The notes under the pieces were generated by a model. The model was given only the letters and a program-made list of their open reading frames with translations. It was not told the DNA's origin and ran no database searches. A program made the position numbers and the translations under genes. From Nanobdellota archaeon (GTDB taxonomy: Archaea > Nanobdellota > Nanobdellia > Woesearchaeales > JACPBV01): a stretch of DNA of 54,205 nucleotides. Of this stretch, positions 6,484-15,729 are shown in pieces. Position 1 is the first letter of the stretch, and every line of letters begins with the position of its first letter. The stretch lies in NCBI GenBank assembly GCA_018813685.1, contig JAHJAV010000097.1, positions 1 to 54,205 on the forward strand. The letters are read 5' to 3'.

Positions 6484-7606
6484 AAAAAAAGTAGTTGTTG
6501 TAGGCCCAATATATCCTTTTAGGGGAGGAATTGCACATTCCAATACCATGCTTTGTTCAAATCTTTCTAAGAATCATGATGTTACTTCAATATCTTTCAA
6601 AAGACTATATCCAAAAATATTGTTTCCTGGAAAGGCACAGAAATACGAAGAAAAAAGGAAGTTTGACATAAAAGTTGAGCATATAATCGATTCAATAAAC
6701 CCTTTTAACTGGTTGAGTGTTTTTTTTAGGATAAGGAAAATAAATCCGGATATTGTTATACTCCTCTGGTGGACTATATTTTTAGCTCCGTTTTCTTTTA
6801 CTTTGCTTTTGCTCCTTAACCTTTTTTCGAATATTAAAATTTGCATTTTATGCCATAATGTTTTACAGCATGAAAAAAGGTTTTTTGACAATTTTTTGAC
6901 AAAATTGATTTTTAAGCGAGCAGATTATTTTGTTGTTCTAGCTTCCATCGATTTAAAAAACCTTAAACATATGGTGCCTAATGCAAAGGTAAAAGTGTTT
7001 GTTGAACCAACGTACGACAATTTTTTTTCAGAAGCAGGAATCTCCAAGGAAGAAGCAAAGAAAAGAATCGGATTAAACGGTAGGGTTATTCTATTCTTTG
7101 GTTTTGTAAGGCCTTATAAAGGTTTAATGTACTTGATTGATGCTATGCCTTTTGTCCTAAAGAAAATAAACCTGACTTTGCTTATTGCAGGTGAGTTCTG
7201 GGGGGACAAGGACAAATATCTCCATCAGATAGAAAAAAATAATTTGTCCGGCAATATAAGGATAGTTGATAAATATCTTCCTGATGAAGAGGTCCCTCTT
7301 TACATATCGTGCGCAGATGTATTAGTCCTGCCTTATACTTCTGCAACCCAGAGTGCAATATTACAGACCTCTTTCGGTTTTAACAAACCAGTTATAACCA
7401 CCAATGTCGGCGGCCTGCCTGATTTTGTAAGAAATAATGAAACAGGGATACTTATACCTCCCAAGGATTCAAAAAAACTGGCAGATGCAATAATTGATTT
7501 TTATATAACTAAAAAAGAAAAAAAATTTGTGAATAATATCAAAAGTAAAAGGAATCTTTTTGCGTGGAATGAATCTAGGGAAAAGATATTATTTCACGGC
7601 TTGTGA
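6476..7606 (+). CDS. Glycosyltransferase family 4 (GT-B)
   Basis: C-terminal GT1/GT4 pattern ...YISCADVLVLPYTSATQSAILQTSFGFNKPVITTNVGGLPDFV..ETG. ATG 6476 overlaps the upstream stop (ATGGATAG). Confidence 0.85.
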   Translation: MDRKKVVVVGPIYPFRGGIAHSNTMLCSNLSKNHDVTSISFKRLYPKILFPGKAQKYEEKRKFDIKVEHIIDSINPFNWLSVFFRIRKINPDIVILLWWTIFLAPFSFTLLLLLNLFSNIKICILCHNVLQHEKRFFDNFLTKLIFKRADYFVVLASIDLKNLKHMVPNAKVKVFVEPTYDNFFSEAGISKEEAKKRIGLNGRVILFFGFVRPYKGLMYLIDAMPFVLKKINLTLLIAGEFWGDKDKYLHQIEKNNLSGNIRIVDKYLPDEEVPLYISCADVLVLPYTSATQSAILQTSFGFNKPVITTNVGGLPDFVRNNETGILIPPKDSKKLADAIIDFYITKKEKKFVNNIKSKRNLFAWNESREKILFHGL

Positions 7607-7641
7607 AAGATTTATAAACAAGAATCGATTAATCTTTGAAA

Positions 7642-8712
7642 ATGATACCTGTAGCTGAACCTTTTTTGGGAGAAAAAGAATTAGAGTATGTTACTGACTG
7701 CGTCAAGTCAGGTTGGATATCTTCTATGGGCAAGTATGTCAATCTTTTTGAAGGAGGATTCAGCAAATACTGTAATTCTAAACATGGTGTTGCTGTTTCC
7801 AATGGCACTGTCGCTTTGCATCTGGCTTTGGCTGCATTGGGCATCGGAAAGGGTGATGAGGTCATAATACCTGACCTGACATTTGTGGCTACTGCAAATG
7901 CTGTTGCTTATACAGGCGCAAAGCCAGTTATGGCAGATATTGATAAGGAAACATGGTGCATAGATACTGAAAAGATAAAAGATAAACTAACTAAAAAAAC
8001 AAAAGCAATAATCCCTGTGCATCTTTATGGCCATCCCTGTGATATGGACCCAATAATGGAACTTGCTGATGGAAGGGAGATAAAGGTTATTGAAGATGCT
8101 GCAGAGGCACATGGAGCTGAATACAAGGGCAAGAAAGTAGGGTCTATAGGGCATATAGGGTGTTTTTCTTTTTACGGCAATAAGATAATAACAACAGGCG
8201 AAGGAGGCATTTGCTTGACTGATGATGAAAAACTGGCAGAGAGGATGAGATTCCTTAAGGATCATGGAATGTCAAAAGAAAAAAGATATTGGTATGATGA
8301 GATAGCTTATAACTATAGGATGACAAATATCCAGGCAGCTTTAGGTGTTGCACAGCTTGAGAAGATTGACAAGATAGTTGAAGCAAAGAGAAAGAATGCC
8401 CAGATATATAATTCATTACTGAAAGGCTTAAAAGATATTGTTTTGCCTGCGGAAAAGGAATGGGCTAAGAATGTTTACTGGATGTATTCTATACTCGTCG
8501 ATAATAGAGATGAATTGATCAAGAAGTTAGAGAAGAACGGGATAGATTCTAGACCATTTTTTTATCCGATACATCAATTGCCAATGTATAAACTTGATGG
8601 CCAGTTTCCAGTGAGCAATGAGGTTTCAATTAAGGGAATTAATCTTCCATCATCACCTACGTTGGCAAGGGAGCAGATAGAACATATTGTTAAGGTGATT
8701 ATTTCTTCCTGA
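7642..8712 (+). CDS. DegT/DnrJ/EryC1-family PLP-dependent sugar aminotransferase
   Basis: VSNGTVALHLAL, DAAEAHGA, and FSFYGNKIITTGEGG carrying the catalytic Lys. Confidence 0.9.
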   Translation: MIPVAEPFLGEKELEYVTDCVKSGWISSMGKYVNLFEGGFSKYCNSKHGVAVSNGTVALHLALAALGIGKGDEVIIPDLTFVATANAVAYTGAKPVMADIDKETWCIDTEKIKDKLTKKTKAIIPVHLYGHPCDMDPIMELADGREIKVIEDAAEAHGAEYKGKKVGSIGHIGCFSFYGNKIITTGEGGICLTDDEKLAERMRFLKDHGMSKEKRYWYDEIAYNYRMTNIQAALGVAQLEKIDKIVEAKRKNAQIYNSLLKGLKDIVLPAEKEWAKNVYWMYSILVDNRDELIKKLEKNGIDSRPFFYPIHQLPMYKLDGQFPVSNEVSIKGINLPSSPTLAREQIEHIVKVIISS

Positions 8713-9391
8713 GTACAAGAACAAAACTTGGCAGGAAAAAACATAGCTTATCTATTAAGATATCTGGCATTAAGAAGAATAACTTTGATAAATTGTGGAA
8801 TGGAATGTCATGCGCATTATATTTTCCAGGGTTTTTTAATATCTTTTTTGTGATGTTATCCACATTCCATCCCCTTAACATTTGATTTAGCCTTCCAAAG
8901 CTGACCAGGGTTATATCATATTCTTTGTTTTTTAAGAGCCTAAGATATAATTGGGATATTGTTTTTGGAAAAAAAGAGAGAAATGGGAGATTGAAGTGCC
9001 TTTCAAAAACCCAATATCTGTTAGGGGTTGCTAAATAGCATATTCCGTTGTTTTTTAATACCCTCTTTATCTCTTCCAGGTGCCCTTTTTGATTAGTTAT
9101 GTGCTCTAACACATGATTGGATATGATTATATCCAATGAATTATCCTTGAAGGGCAGTTTATAGCTTTTTACAAGCATAAACTTAAATTTCTTGTTTGGA
9201 ACAGTTTCATCTATAAGATCAATACCCATCACTTCTTTGCTTACTTTGGCCAGCTCATTAGCGATTTCCCCATTACCCACTCCTATGTCTAGAAGTCTTG
9301 ATTCTTTCAGATTTTTGTATTCTTTTAAGATAGAAATTATCTTTTTTGCTTTGGTTATCCTTCCTGTTTTGACAGCGTGAGATTTTGACAT
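8699..9391 (-). CDS. Class I SAM-dependent methyltransferase
   Basis: Motif I LLDIGVGNGEIA and the acidic loop GIDL. Confidence 0.8.
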   Translation of the reverse strand: MSKSHAVKTGRITKAKKIISILKEYKNLKESRLLDIGVGNGEIANELAKVSKEVMGIDLIDETVPNKKFKFMLVKSYKLPFKDNSLDIIISNHVLEHITNQKGHLEEIKRVLKNNGICYLATPNRYWVFERHFNLPFLSFFPKTISQLYLRLLKNKEYDITLVSFGRLNQMLRGWNVDNITKKILKNPGKYNAHDIPFHNLSKLFFLMPDILIDKLCFFLPSFVLVLRKK

Positions 9392-9490
9392 ACTAAATCA
9401 GTCTTAGGATATTTAGTATATTTAAAAATCTTTTGCAATTCAAATTCTTTTTAAGAAAGATATATAAATGATATCTCTTTGAGGGATGTA

Positions 9491-10222
9491 ATGGTCGGCA
9501 TTTTTCAGATGATCAAGCTGTTTAAGCTGTCTTTGCTTAGGGGAAATTCAGATCAGGATTATTTTGATTTTCAGGCTTATCAAGGTAAGTTAATAGTTTC
9601 TGAGCTTATGGCTAGGGGAGTAAACCTAAAAAATAAGGAGATATTAGATTTGGGGTGCGGGATAGGCGGCTATTCTTCTCAATTTTATAAAGAATCAAGG
9701 AAACTGACTGCAGCAGACATAAATAAGCCAAAAATACTGCTGAAGAAATGCCCTAATATAAACTTCCTTAAATTTGATGCATGCAAAAAGTTTCCCTTAA
9801 GCTCTAAGAAATTTGATCTTGTTGTCTGCAGCAGCACCATAGAACATGTCTGCAATCCATTAGGGCTGCTGAAAGAGATAAATCGAGTTCTTGATGATGG
9901 GGGTAGATTAGTACTAACTTTCCCTCCTTTTTATTCTCCTTTTGGGGGACATACATTCAAGCCGTTTCATTATCTAGGTGAAAAAATGGCAATAAGAATC
10001 AATAATCTTATCAGAAAGCAGAATGTAAAATCTTACAGCACTGCATATGGGAATTGGGGGCTTTATCCTTTAAAGATATCTGATGTTGAGAATTTATTGA
10101 AGAAGTCAGGATTTACAATTAATGATAAATGGGTTAGATTTTTCCCTATAAACATAGCTAAGATACCTTTTCTTAATGAGCTTGTAACATGGCACATAAA
10201 CTTTTTGTGCGAGAAGCCTTAA
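9491..10222 (+). CDS. Class I SAM-dependent methyltransferase
   Basis: ILDLGCGIGGYS...AADI. ATG 9491 lies about 25 nt downstream of ATATATAAA (9461-9469). Confidence 0.8.
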   Translation: MVGIFQMIKLFKLSLLRGNSDQDYFDFQAYQGKLIVSELMARGVNLKNKEILDLGCGIGGYSSQFYKESRKLTAADINKPKILLKKCPNINFLKFDACKKFPLSSKKFDLVVCSSTIEHVCNPLGLLKEINRVLDDGGRLVLTFPPFYSPFGGHTFKPFHYLGEKMAIRINNLIRKQNVKSYSTAYGNWGLYPLKISDVENLLKKSGFTINDKWVRFFPINIAKIPFLNELVTWHINFLCEKP

Positions 10223-11157
10223 TTTCTTGGATTATTTTTTGAAGATATTTTGCTCCATCTGATCAAGAATGGCATCAATAAAGCAGCTAGGGCATACATT
10301 ATCAAAGACGAAATTAAGTATATTCCTGTTACTGTACTCACATCATACCCCCTTACCCCAAAAAGGAAAACAGAAAAAGATTCCCTTATTCCAAGTCCAC
10401 TTAGGCTTATTGGAACAAGAGCTGCAAGGGTGGTTATGGCTGTTATTGCAGCTATTAACGGGATAGATGCATATTTTCCTATTGATATAAAAAGAACAAA
10501 AACCACCAAAGACCTTAAAACTAAGCTTAATATGTTTAGGATTAAATTATACATCAGGTAAATTTTTTTCTCCTTTTTTAGATAAGAGAATGTTTTTGAA
10601 AATCCTTCAAATTTCTGTGTGATAGACTTAAAAAAGAATTTTTTTATCAAACCAATGCCTCTTTTTGAGAGCACAACAAAGCCCAATGCAATTATTATGC
10701 CGCTTAGTAATATGATTATGAATATGTTCTGTACAAATACTGCAAAATAAAATAATCCTATGAAAGAAAAGATAAAATGGGTTAATATTGCTGTAAATTT
10801 GTCAATGATGAATATAGCTGTGCTTTCTCCTATCTTAAGGCCTTCATCTTTTAATGGTTTTACCATATAAAGTTCACCTATCTTTGCAGGGGAAAAAAGG
10901 CCAAATGCCCATGCTAGGGTGGTGTAATTTAACATCTTGTTGAATGTTACTTTTTTGTCAAGGGCCGAGACTAAGACCCTTATCCTCATTGTGAATATTA
11001 CAATGGTAGATATAAGCAAAATTAATGAAACTAATACCCAACAGATGTTCATGTCTTTGACTGTGTTATATACTTTTAGTGGATTGCTGTAATAGATTAA
11101 AACAGATATTAACAATAAACTTATTGTTATTTTTATTATATTTTTTAACCATCTCAT
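10219..11157 (-). CDS. Flippase-like integral membrane protein (UPF0104 / LPG-synthase TM-domain family)
   Basis: Polytopic membrane protein with the typical N-terminal region and PAKIGE motif. Translationally coupled to the GT2 upstream. Confidence 0.6.
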   Translation of the reverse strand: MRWLKNIIKITISLLLISVLIYYSNPLKVYNTVKDMNICWVLVSLILLISTIVIFTMRIRVLVSALDKKVTFNKMLNYTTLAWAFGLFSPAKIGELYMVKPLKDEGLKIGESTAIFIIDKFTAILTHFIFSFIGLFYFAVFVQNIFIIILLSGIIIALGFVVLSKRGIGLIKKFFFKSITQKFEGFSKTFSYLKKEKKIYLMYNLILNILSLVLRSLVVFVLFISIGKYASIPLIAAITAITTLAALVPISLSGLGIRESFSVFLFGVRGYDVSTVTGIYLISSLIMYALAALLMPFLIRWSKISSKNNPRN

Positions 11158-12035
11158 TTTTTGTTCATGTCAGCCAGCAATCCGAAAAGGATTATCTGTA
11201 TTCCAGAAAATATAAGCAGGAGCATGAGGAACAATAGGCCAAGATGGCCGCTTATCCCGGTTGTCAGATGGAGATAAATGAAATATAATCCTATTAACAT
11301 ACCTGCTGTAAGAAAAGAACCCCCTATCTTTCCAAAAAACTTGAGCGGCTCATAATCACGGTAAACTCTTAATATGTTCATCCATGCCTTGACTGCATAC
11401 TCCAAAGGATTTTTTATCAATCTGCTTTTTCCCTTTCTTTCTGCGAAATAAACAGGAACTTCAACAATCCTGAATTTATTTAATACTGCTTTGATCACTT
11501 GTTCCTGGGTGTAAGTGTGGTTAGACTTAATCTCTATAGCGGCAACTTCTTTTGTAAATGCCCTAAATCCAGTCTGGCCATCGCTTATCTTTGTTCTAGT
11601 TATGTTTGAGATTACCTTTGAAAATGCCCTGTTGCCTATCTTTTTGATCAGGGGCATGCTTTCAATCCTTCCCTTGAATCTAGAACCAAGAACAAGATCT
11701 GCCCTTTTGTTTTTTATAGGCGCTATCAGTTTAGGTATTTCAGAAGCAAGGTATTGGCCGTCTGCGTCTGTGTGGACAATTATATCCGGATCTAGTTCAG
11801 CTGCTTTTTTCATCTCTGTCCTAAATGTTTCAGCTAAGCCATAGTTAATGGGGTGTGAGAAAACAATCACGCCTTCTTTTTTTGCTATTTCGCTTGTTTT
11901 ATCTTTGCTGCCGTCATCTATAACTAGGATTTTGCATTCTGCACTAATCTCATGCATAACTTTCTTTATATCCCTGATTACCCTGCCTATTGTCTTTTCT
12001 TCATTATAAGCAGGTATTGTTATTACTACTTTCAT
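11154..12035 (-). CDS. GT2 polyprenyl-phosphate sugar synthase-like glycosyltransferase with C-terminal TM helices
   Basis: VVITIPAYNEE...VIDDGSKDKT...DADGQ...GSRF. Two C-terminal TM segments. Confidence 0.85.
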   Translation of the reverse strand: MKVVITIPAYNEEKTIGRVIRDIKKVMHEISAECKILVIDDGSKDKTSEIAKKEGVIVFSHPINYGLAETFRTEMKKAAELDPDIIVHTDADGQYLASEIPKLIAPIKNKRADLVLGSRFKGRIESMPLIKKIGNRAFSKVISNITRTKISDGQTGFRAFTKEVAAIEIKSNHTYTQEQVIKAVLNKFRIVEVPVYFAERKGKSRLIKNPLEYAVKAWMNILRVYRDYEPLKFFGKIGGSFLTAGMLIGLYFIYLHLTTGISGHLGLLFLMLLLIFSGIQIILFGLLADMNKK

Positions 12036-12052
12036 TTTCCTATGGAAAGGGT

Positions 12053-12070
12053 AAACTATTTAAATAGGTT
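12053..12070. promoter_or_regulatory. Near-palindromic shared TATA box of a divergent promoter
   Basis: In AAACTATTTAAATAGGTT the core TATTTAAATA (12057-12066) is a perfect palindrome. It lies 22 nt from ATG 12035 (-) and 30 nt from ATG 12096 (+). Confidence 0.5.
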
Positions 12071-12095
12071 TCGGATAGCAGATAAAGGGGATATC

Positions 12096-13964
12096 ATGAG
12101 CATCATAACTATACTATTATTTTTAGTTTACACTTATGGATTAGGGTTTAGTGTAACTTTTTTTATCAAGAATTCTGATAATTTTTTTGAGAAGCACCTA
12201 ATGAGATTAGGGATTGGATTAGGGGTTTTTCCTATTCTCGGGATTATTTTTGATCTGATACATATACCTATTGATTGGAAGATGTTTTTAATTGTGTCTT
12301 TGGCTATTCCAGCGTATTCTTTTTTTACCAAGGTTGTTAAGGGAAATATCCCTCAAATTAATTTTAAGATTACAAAATCAGACCTTTATGTTTTGGTTGT
12401 ATTATTGGTGTTCCTGTTTTCTTTGTATACCTATGCTTCTGGGGCGTTTAAGTATCCTTATTTGGAGGATGATGATCCCTGGGCGCATGCTGTCGGAATA
12501 AAGTATGTTTCAGTTGAAAAGAACTTAAGGCCAGAGCCTGGTTTTTTTATGTATCTGAATCCTTATCCTCCTGCTTATGATATGATCATGGGTGTGCTTC
12601 ACCAAACATCACCTTCAATCATGTGGACAATGAAATTCTTTAATGCCCTGATAATCTCATTGAGCATATTGTTTTTTTATTTCTTTGTTAAGGAGTTTAC
12701 TTCCAGCAAAGGCAAGGCATTATTTTCGACTTTTGTTTTAGCTATGATTCCATGTTATATGAGCCATTTTATATGGGCTATTTCATTGATTGTTCCATTG
12801 TTTTTTGTTGCTATGTACTGTCTTGAGAGAATAAAATATGATAAGAAATGGTTTTTTGCAGGTGTTTTGGTTATCGGCGGGATATCATTAACACAACCAA
12901 CACATGCTATCAAGTTGGGTGTTATGTTGATTCTTTATTTTGGGGTAAAAAGTTTAATTGAAATGAAATTCAATAAGGAAATCCTGTTTTCAATATTAGG
13001 GGGTTATTTGGTATCATTAGTGTGGTGGGCAGGAAGATGGAGATCTATACTTGGCAAGATGACTGGTGAGTCTTCAATAGGGAGTATAGGCGGCTCTTCT
13101 TTTAATCTGTTTTCTTTTATAAAAAAGGCTCTTCCGCCTAACAGCGGCACTGCAACAAGAGTATATACTTTCAATGATTTTTTTGTTGCGAAAACTCAGA
13201 ATATGATAAACAATCCAATAGGGGTAGGCATTGTTTTGTGCATATTAGTTGCTTTTTCTCTGGTTTATGTATTGATTAAATACAAATCCTTATTTAATAA
13301 GGAGAATAGCTGGTTATGGGTGAGTTTAGCTTGGTTTATATTTACTTTTTTAGGGGTAAATTCAATGACATTCAATCTGCCTATTGGGTTGTATGCTTTT
13401 AGGATTTGGATGCTTTTGGCAATACCTATTTCAATCCTTGCTGCAGAAGGGACTTGGTTTTTATTGGGATATGCTGATAAAAAAGGTATGGGAAAAAGCT
13501 TATTACTTTTTGTTATAATATTAGGCATTATATTCACTTCAGGGTATCAGAAGTATGCTGTGAATACTGCGAATTGGCCTCCGGGTGTAGGGTGGACATC
13601 TATGGATGAGATTCAGGGGTATACCTGGCTTAAAACATTGCCTGCTGATACCAAGGTTTTTACGTTTGTGAGCGAAGAACCAATAATAGGATTTGATAAG
13701 TATACTTGCTTGTGGTGTAATGACGAGATTTCTTTTAAGAAGGACGCAATAAATAAAAGTATTGGAGAGATCCATAATTGGCTAAAAAGCAAAAAGTATG
13801 AATATCTAGTCATGAGCGGAAGAACATACAGCCAACTTGAAGAAACGTTTGGCAAGAACGAGACAGCAAACTTAGTTAATAAGAAATTGGATGAGATATC
13901 TCATTCTAATCTGTTTACTGTGGCATATCAGAATCAGGGAATGATATTGTTTAAGGTTCTATAG
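12096..13964 (+). CDS. GT-C-fold (ArnT/PMT/STT3-like) membrane glycosyltransferase candidate
   Basis: More than 10 TM segments. First-loop acidic motif YPYLEDDDPWAHA followed by NPYPPAY. C-terminal soluble domain with YTWLKTLPADTKVF. No WWDYG motif seen. ATG 12042 is an alternative start. Confidence 0.65.
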   Translation: MSIITILLFLVYTYGLGFSVTFFIKNSDNFFEKHLMRLGIGLGVFPILGIIFDLIHIPIDWKMFLIVSLAIPAYSFFTKVVKGNIPQINFKITKSDLYVLVVLLVFLFSLYTYASGAFKYPYLEDDDPWAHAVGIKYVSVEKNLRPEPGFFMYLNPYPPAYDMIMGVLHQTSPSIMWTMKFFNALIISLSILFFYFFVKEFTSSKGKALFSTFVLAMIPCYMSHFIWAISLIVPLFFVAMYCLERIKYDKKWFFAGVLVIGGISLTQPTHAIKLGVMLILYFGVKSLIEMKFNKEILFSILGGYLVSLVWWAGRWRSILGKMTGESSIGSIGGSSFNLFSFIKKALPPNSGTATRVYTFNDFFVAKTQNMINNPIGVGIVLCILVAFSLVYVLIKYKSLFNKENSWLWVSLAWFIFTFLGVNSMTFNLPIGLYAFRIWMLLAIPISILAAEGTWFLLGYADKKGMGKSLLLFVIILGIIFTSGYQKYAVNTANWPPGVGWTSMDEIQGYTWLKTLPADTKVFTFVSEEPIIGFDKYTCLWCNDEISFKKDAINKSIGEIHNWLKSKKYEYLVMSGRTYSQLEETFGKNETANLVNKKLDEISHSNLFTVAYQNQGMILFKVL

Positions 13965-13995
13965 GTTTTTGAATGATTTATTTACATAAAATCAT

Positions 13996-14009
13996 AAAGC
14001 TTATAAATA
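13996..14009 (+). promoter_or_regulatory. BRE/TATA box
   Basis: AAAGCTTATAAATA lies about 20 nt upstream of TTG 14023. Confidence 0.4.
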
Positions 14010-14022
14010 AGTTCGTTATATA

Positions 14023-15729
14023 TTGAATGATCATTCATTTTGGAGGTTTAAAATCTTAACAAACAACTCAAAGAAGATATTATCTTATCTTGTGAATAAT
14101 CCTAAAAGCAACATAAGCATCAACCAACTTTCAAGGCTTTTGGATATAAGTGTAGGCAGCACACATCAAATACTCAAAGAATTTGAAACAGAAGATATTG
14201 TTTTGTCTGAGCCTGCAGGCAATTCTATAATCTATCATATTAATTTTAACAATACTATGACAAGAAAACTTGTTGATGAGCTTAGATCAAATGAACCTCA
14301 AGAGAATGTTAAGAAGACTAAGATAGTGTGCACTATCGGTCCATCTACTGATAGTGTGGCTATGATAAGAAAACTTATTGAGAATGGGGCAGATGTAATC
14401 CGTATAAATTCTTCGCATTGTACAGAACAATCTATGTTGGAGCTGATCAGTAATATAAGGAAGGCAAATGAGTTTGTCCCTATACTTATAGACATTCCAG
14501 GGGTAAAGGTAAGATTAGATAAATTTAATGGAGAATTTTTTTTTAAAAAAGGAGATATCCTGAACTTTTGCTCTAATAAAAAAGAAGGGTGCATACCTGT
14601 TGACCATGATGGTTTTCATAATAAGATGTCTAAGGGAGCTCATTTTTCTATGGATGATGGAACAGTCGGTTTTGCAGTAGAAAAGATAGAAGGAGATATT
14701 ATTTCATGCATTGCTTTGAACGATGGGGCAATAAAAGGCAGAAAAGGCATAAATGTTCCAGGACTTAATCTAGGTGGGTGCCATTTAACCCCTGTTGATA
14801 AAAAGCTTATAACATTTGCCATAAAGAATAAGGTTAACTTTATAGGGATATCTTTTATCAAAAGTGCACAGCAGGTTGAGAAAATAAACGAATTAATGAA
14901 AGGGACTGATGTAAAATTAATCTCTAAAATAGAAACTCAGGAAGCAATAGATGAATATCCCCAGATAATTGAGAAATCTTATGCAATAATGATTGACAGG
15001 GGAGATTTAGGTGCAGAGGTTGGTTTGGAGAGAATACCTCGCCTGCAGAAGAAGATAATAAATGAATGCAACTATCAGGGAAAACCTATAATCATAGCAA
15101 CCCAGATGCTTGATTCAATGAGGATTTCTCCATACCCCACTAAATCAGAGATAACTGATGTTGCAAATGCTGTTTTGGATGGAGCTTCTGCACTGATGTT
15201 ATCTGCTGAGACTGCAGTTGGCAAATACCCTTTGGAAACAGCCTCTACAATGAGGAAGATCATTTCTGATATAGAAGGTGAAGTCAAATACAGGACTTTT
15301 GAGGATAATATAAGCCGGGATGATTTTACAGATGTTATGGGTGCTGCAGTTGCTAAGATCACCAATCTGATAAAAATAGATAAGATTGTATGCATCACAA
15401 GCGGAGGCTATAGTGCAAGGATGCTTGCCAGGCACAAATTACCCACATGGATTATAGCAGCTACTGACAATCCAAGAGTTGCATCTATAATGAATCTTGT
15501 ATGGGGCGTAATGCCTTTTTTGGTCAATATTAAAATAGACAATAGCGGTTCTGTAGAACAGAAGCGAAAGATAGTTATGGAGTGCCTTGATAACGGATTA
15601 ATTGAAAAAGAAGACACTATACTGATACTTGGCGCTGTTTTTCCGAACAATAGGAAGATAACCAACATGATAGAACTACATAAAGTGAGGGAATTTATTG
15701 GTTATTTTAAGGAGGCTGAAAAAAAATGA
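14023..15729 (+). CDS. pyk: Pyruvate kinase with an N-terminal winged-HTH extension
   Basis: Aa 97-568 are a full PK: KTKIVCTIGPS, ISKIETQEA, MIDRGDLGAEV, QMLDSM..PTKSEITDVANAVLDGASALMLSAETAVGKYP. Aa 1-95 hold ISINQLSRLLDISVGSTHQILKEFETEDIV (wHTH). The start is TTG. Confidence 0.85.
   Translation: MNDHSFWRFKILTNNSKKILSYLVNNPKSNISINQLSRLLDISVGSTHQILKEFETEDIVLSEPAGNSIIYHINFNNTMTRKLVDELRSNEPQENVKKTKIVCTIGPSTDSVAMIRKLIENGADVIRINSSHCTEQSMLELISNIRKANEFVPILIDIPGVKVRLDKFNGEFFFKKGDILNFCSNKKEGCIPVDHDGFHNKMSKGAHFSMDDGTVGFAVEKIEGDIISCIALNDGAIKGRKGINVPGLNLGGCHLTPVDKKLITFAIKNKVNFIGISFIKSAQQVEKINELMKGTDVKLISKIETQEAIDEYPQIIEKSYAIMIDRGDLGAEVGLERIPRLQKKIINECNYQGKPIIIATQMLDSMRISPYPTKSEITDVANAVLDGASALMLSAETAVGKYPLETASTMRKIISDIEGEVKYRTFEDNISRDDFTDVMGAAVAKITNLIKIDKIVCITSGGYSARMLARHKLPTWIIAATDNPRVASIMNLVWGVMPFLVNIKIDNSGSVEQKRKIVMECLDNGLIEKEDTILILGAVFPNNRKITNMIELHKVREFIGYFKEAEKK

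Noticed and set aside
11952-12095. Upstream extension of the GT-C ORF overlapping the divergent GT2 gene
   Set aside because: It would overlap the GT2 coding region by 84 nt in divergent orientation and would include the shared TATA box. ATG 12096 (or at most 12042) is more plausible.
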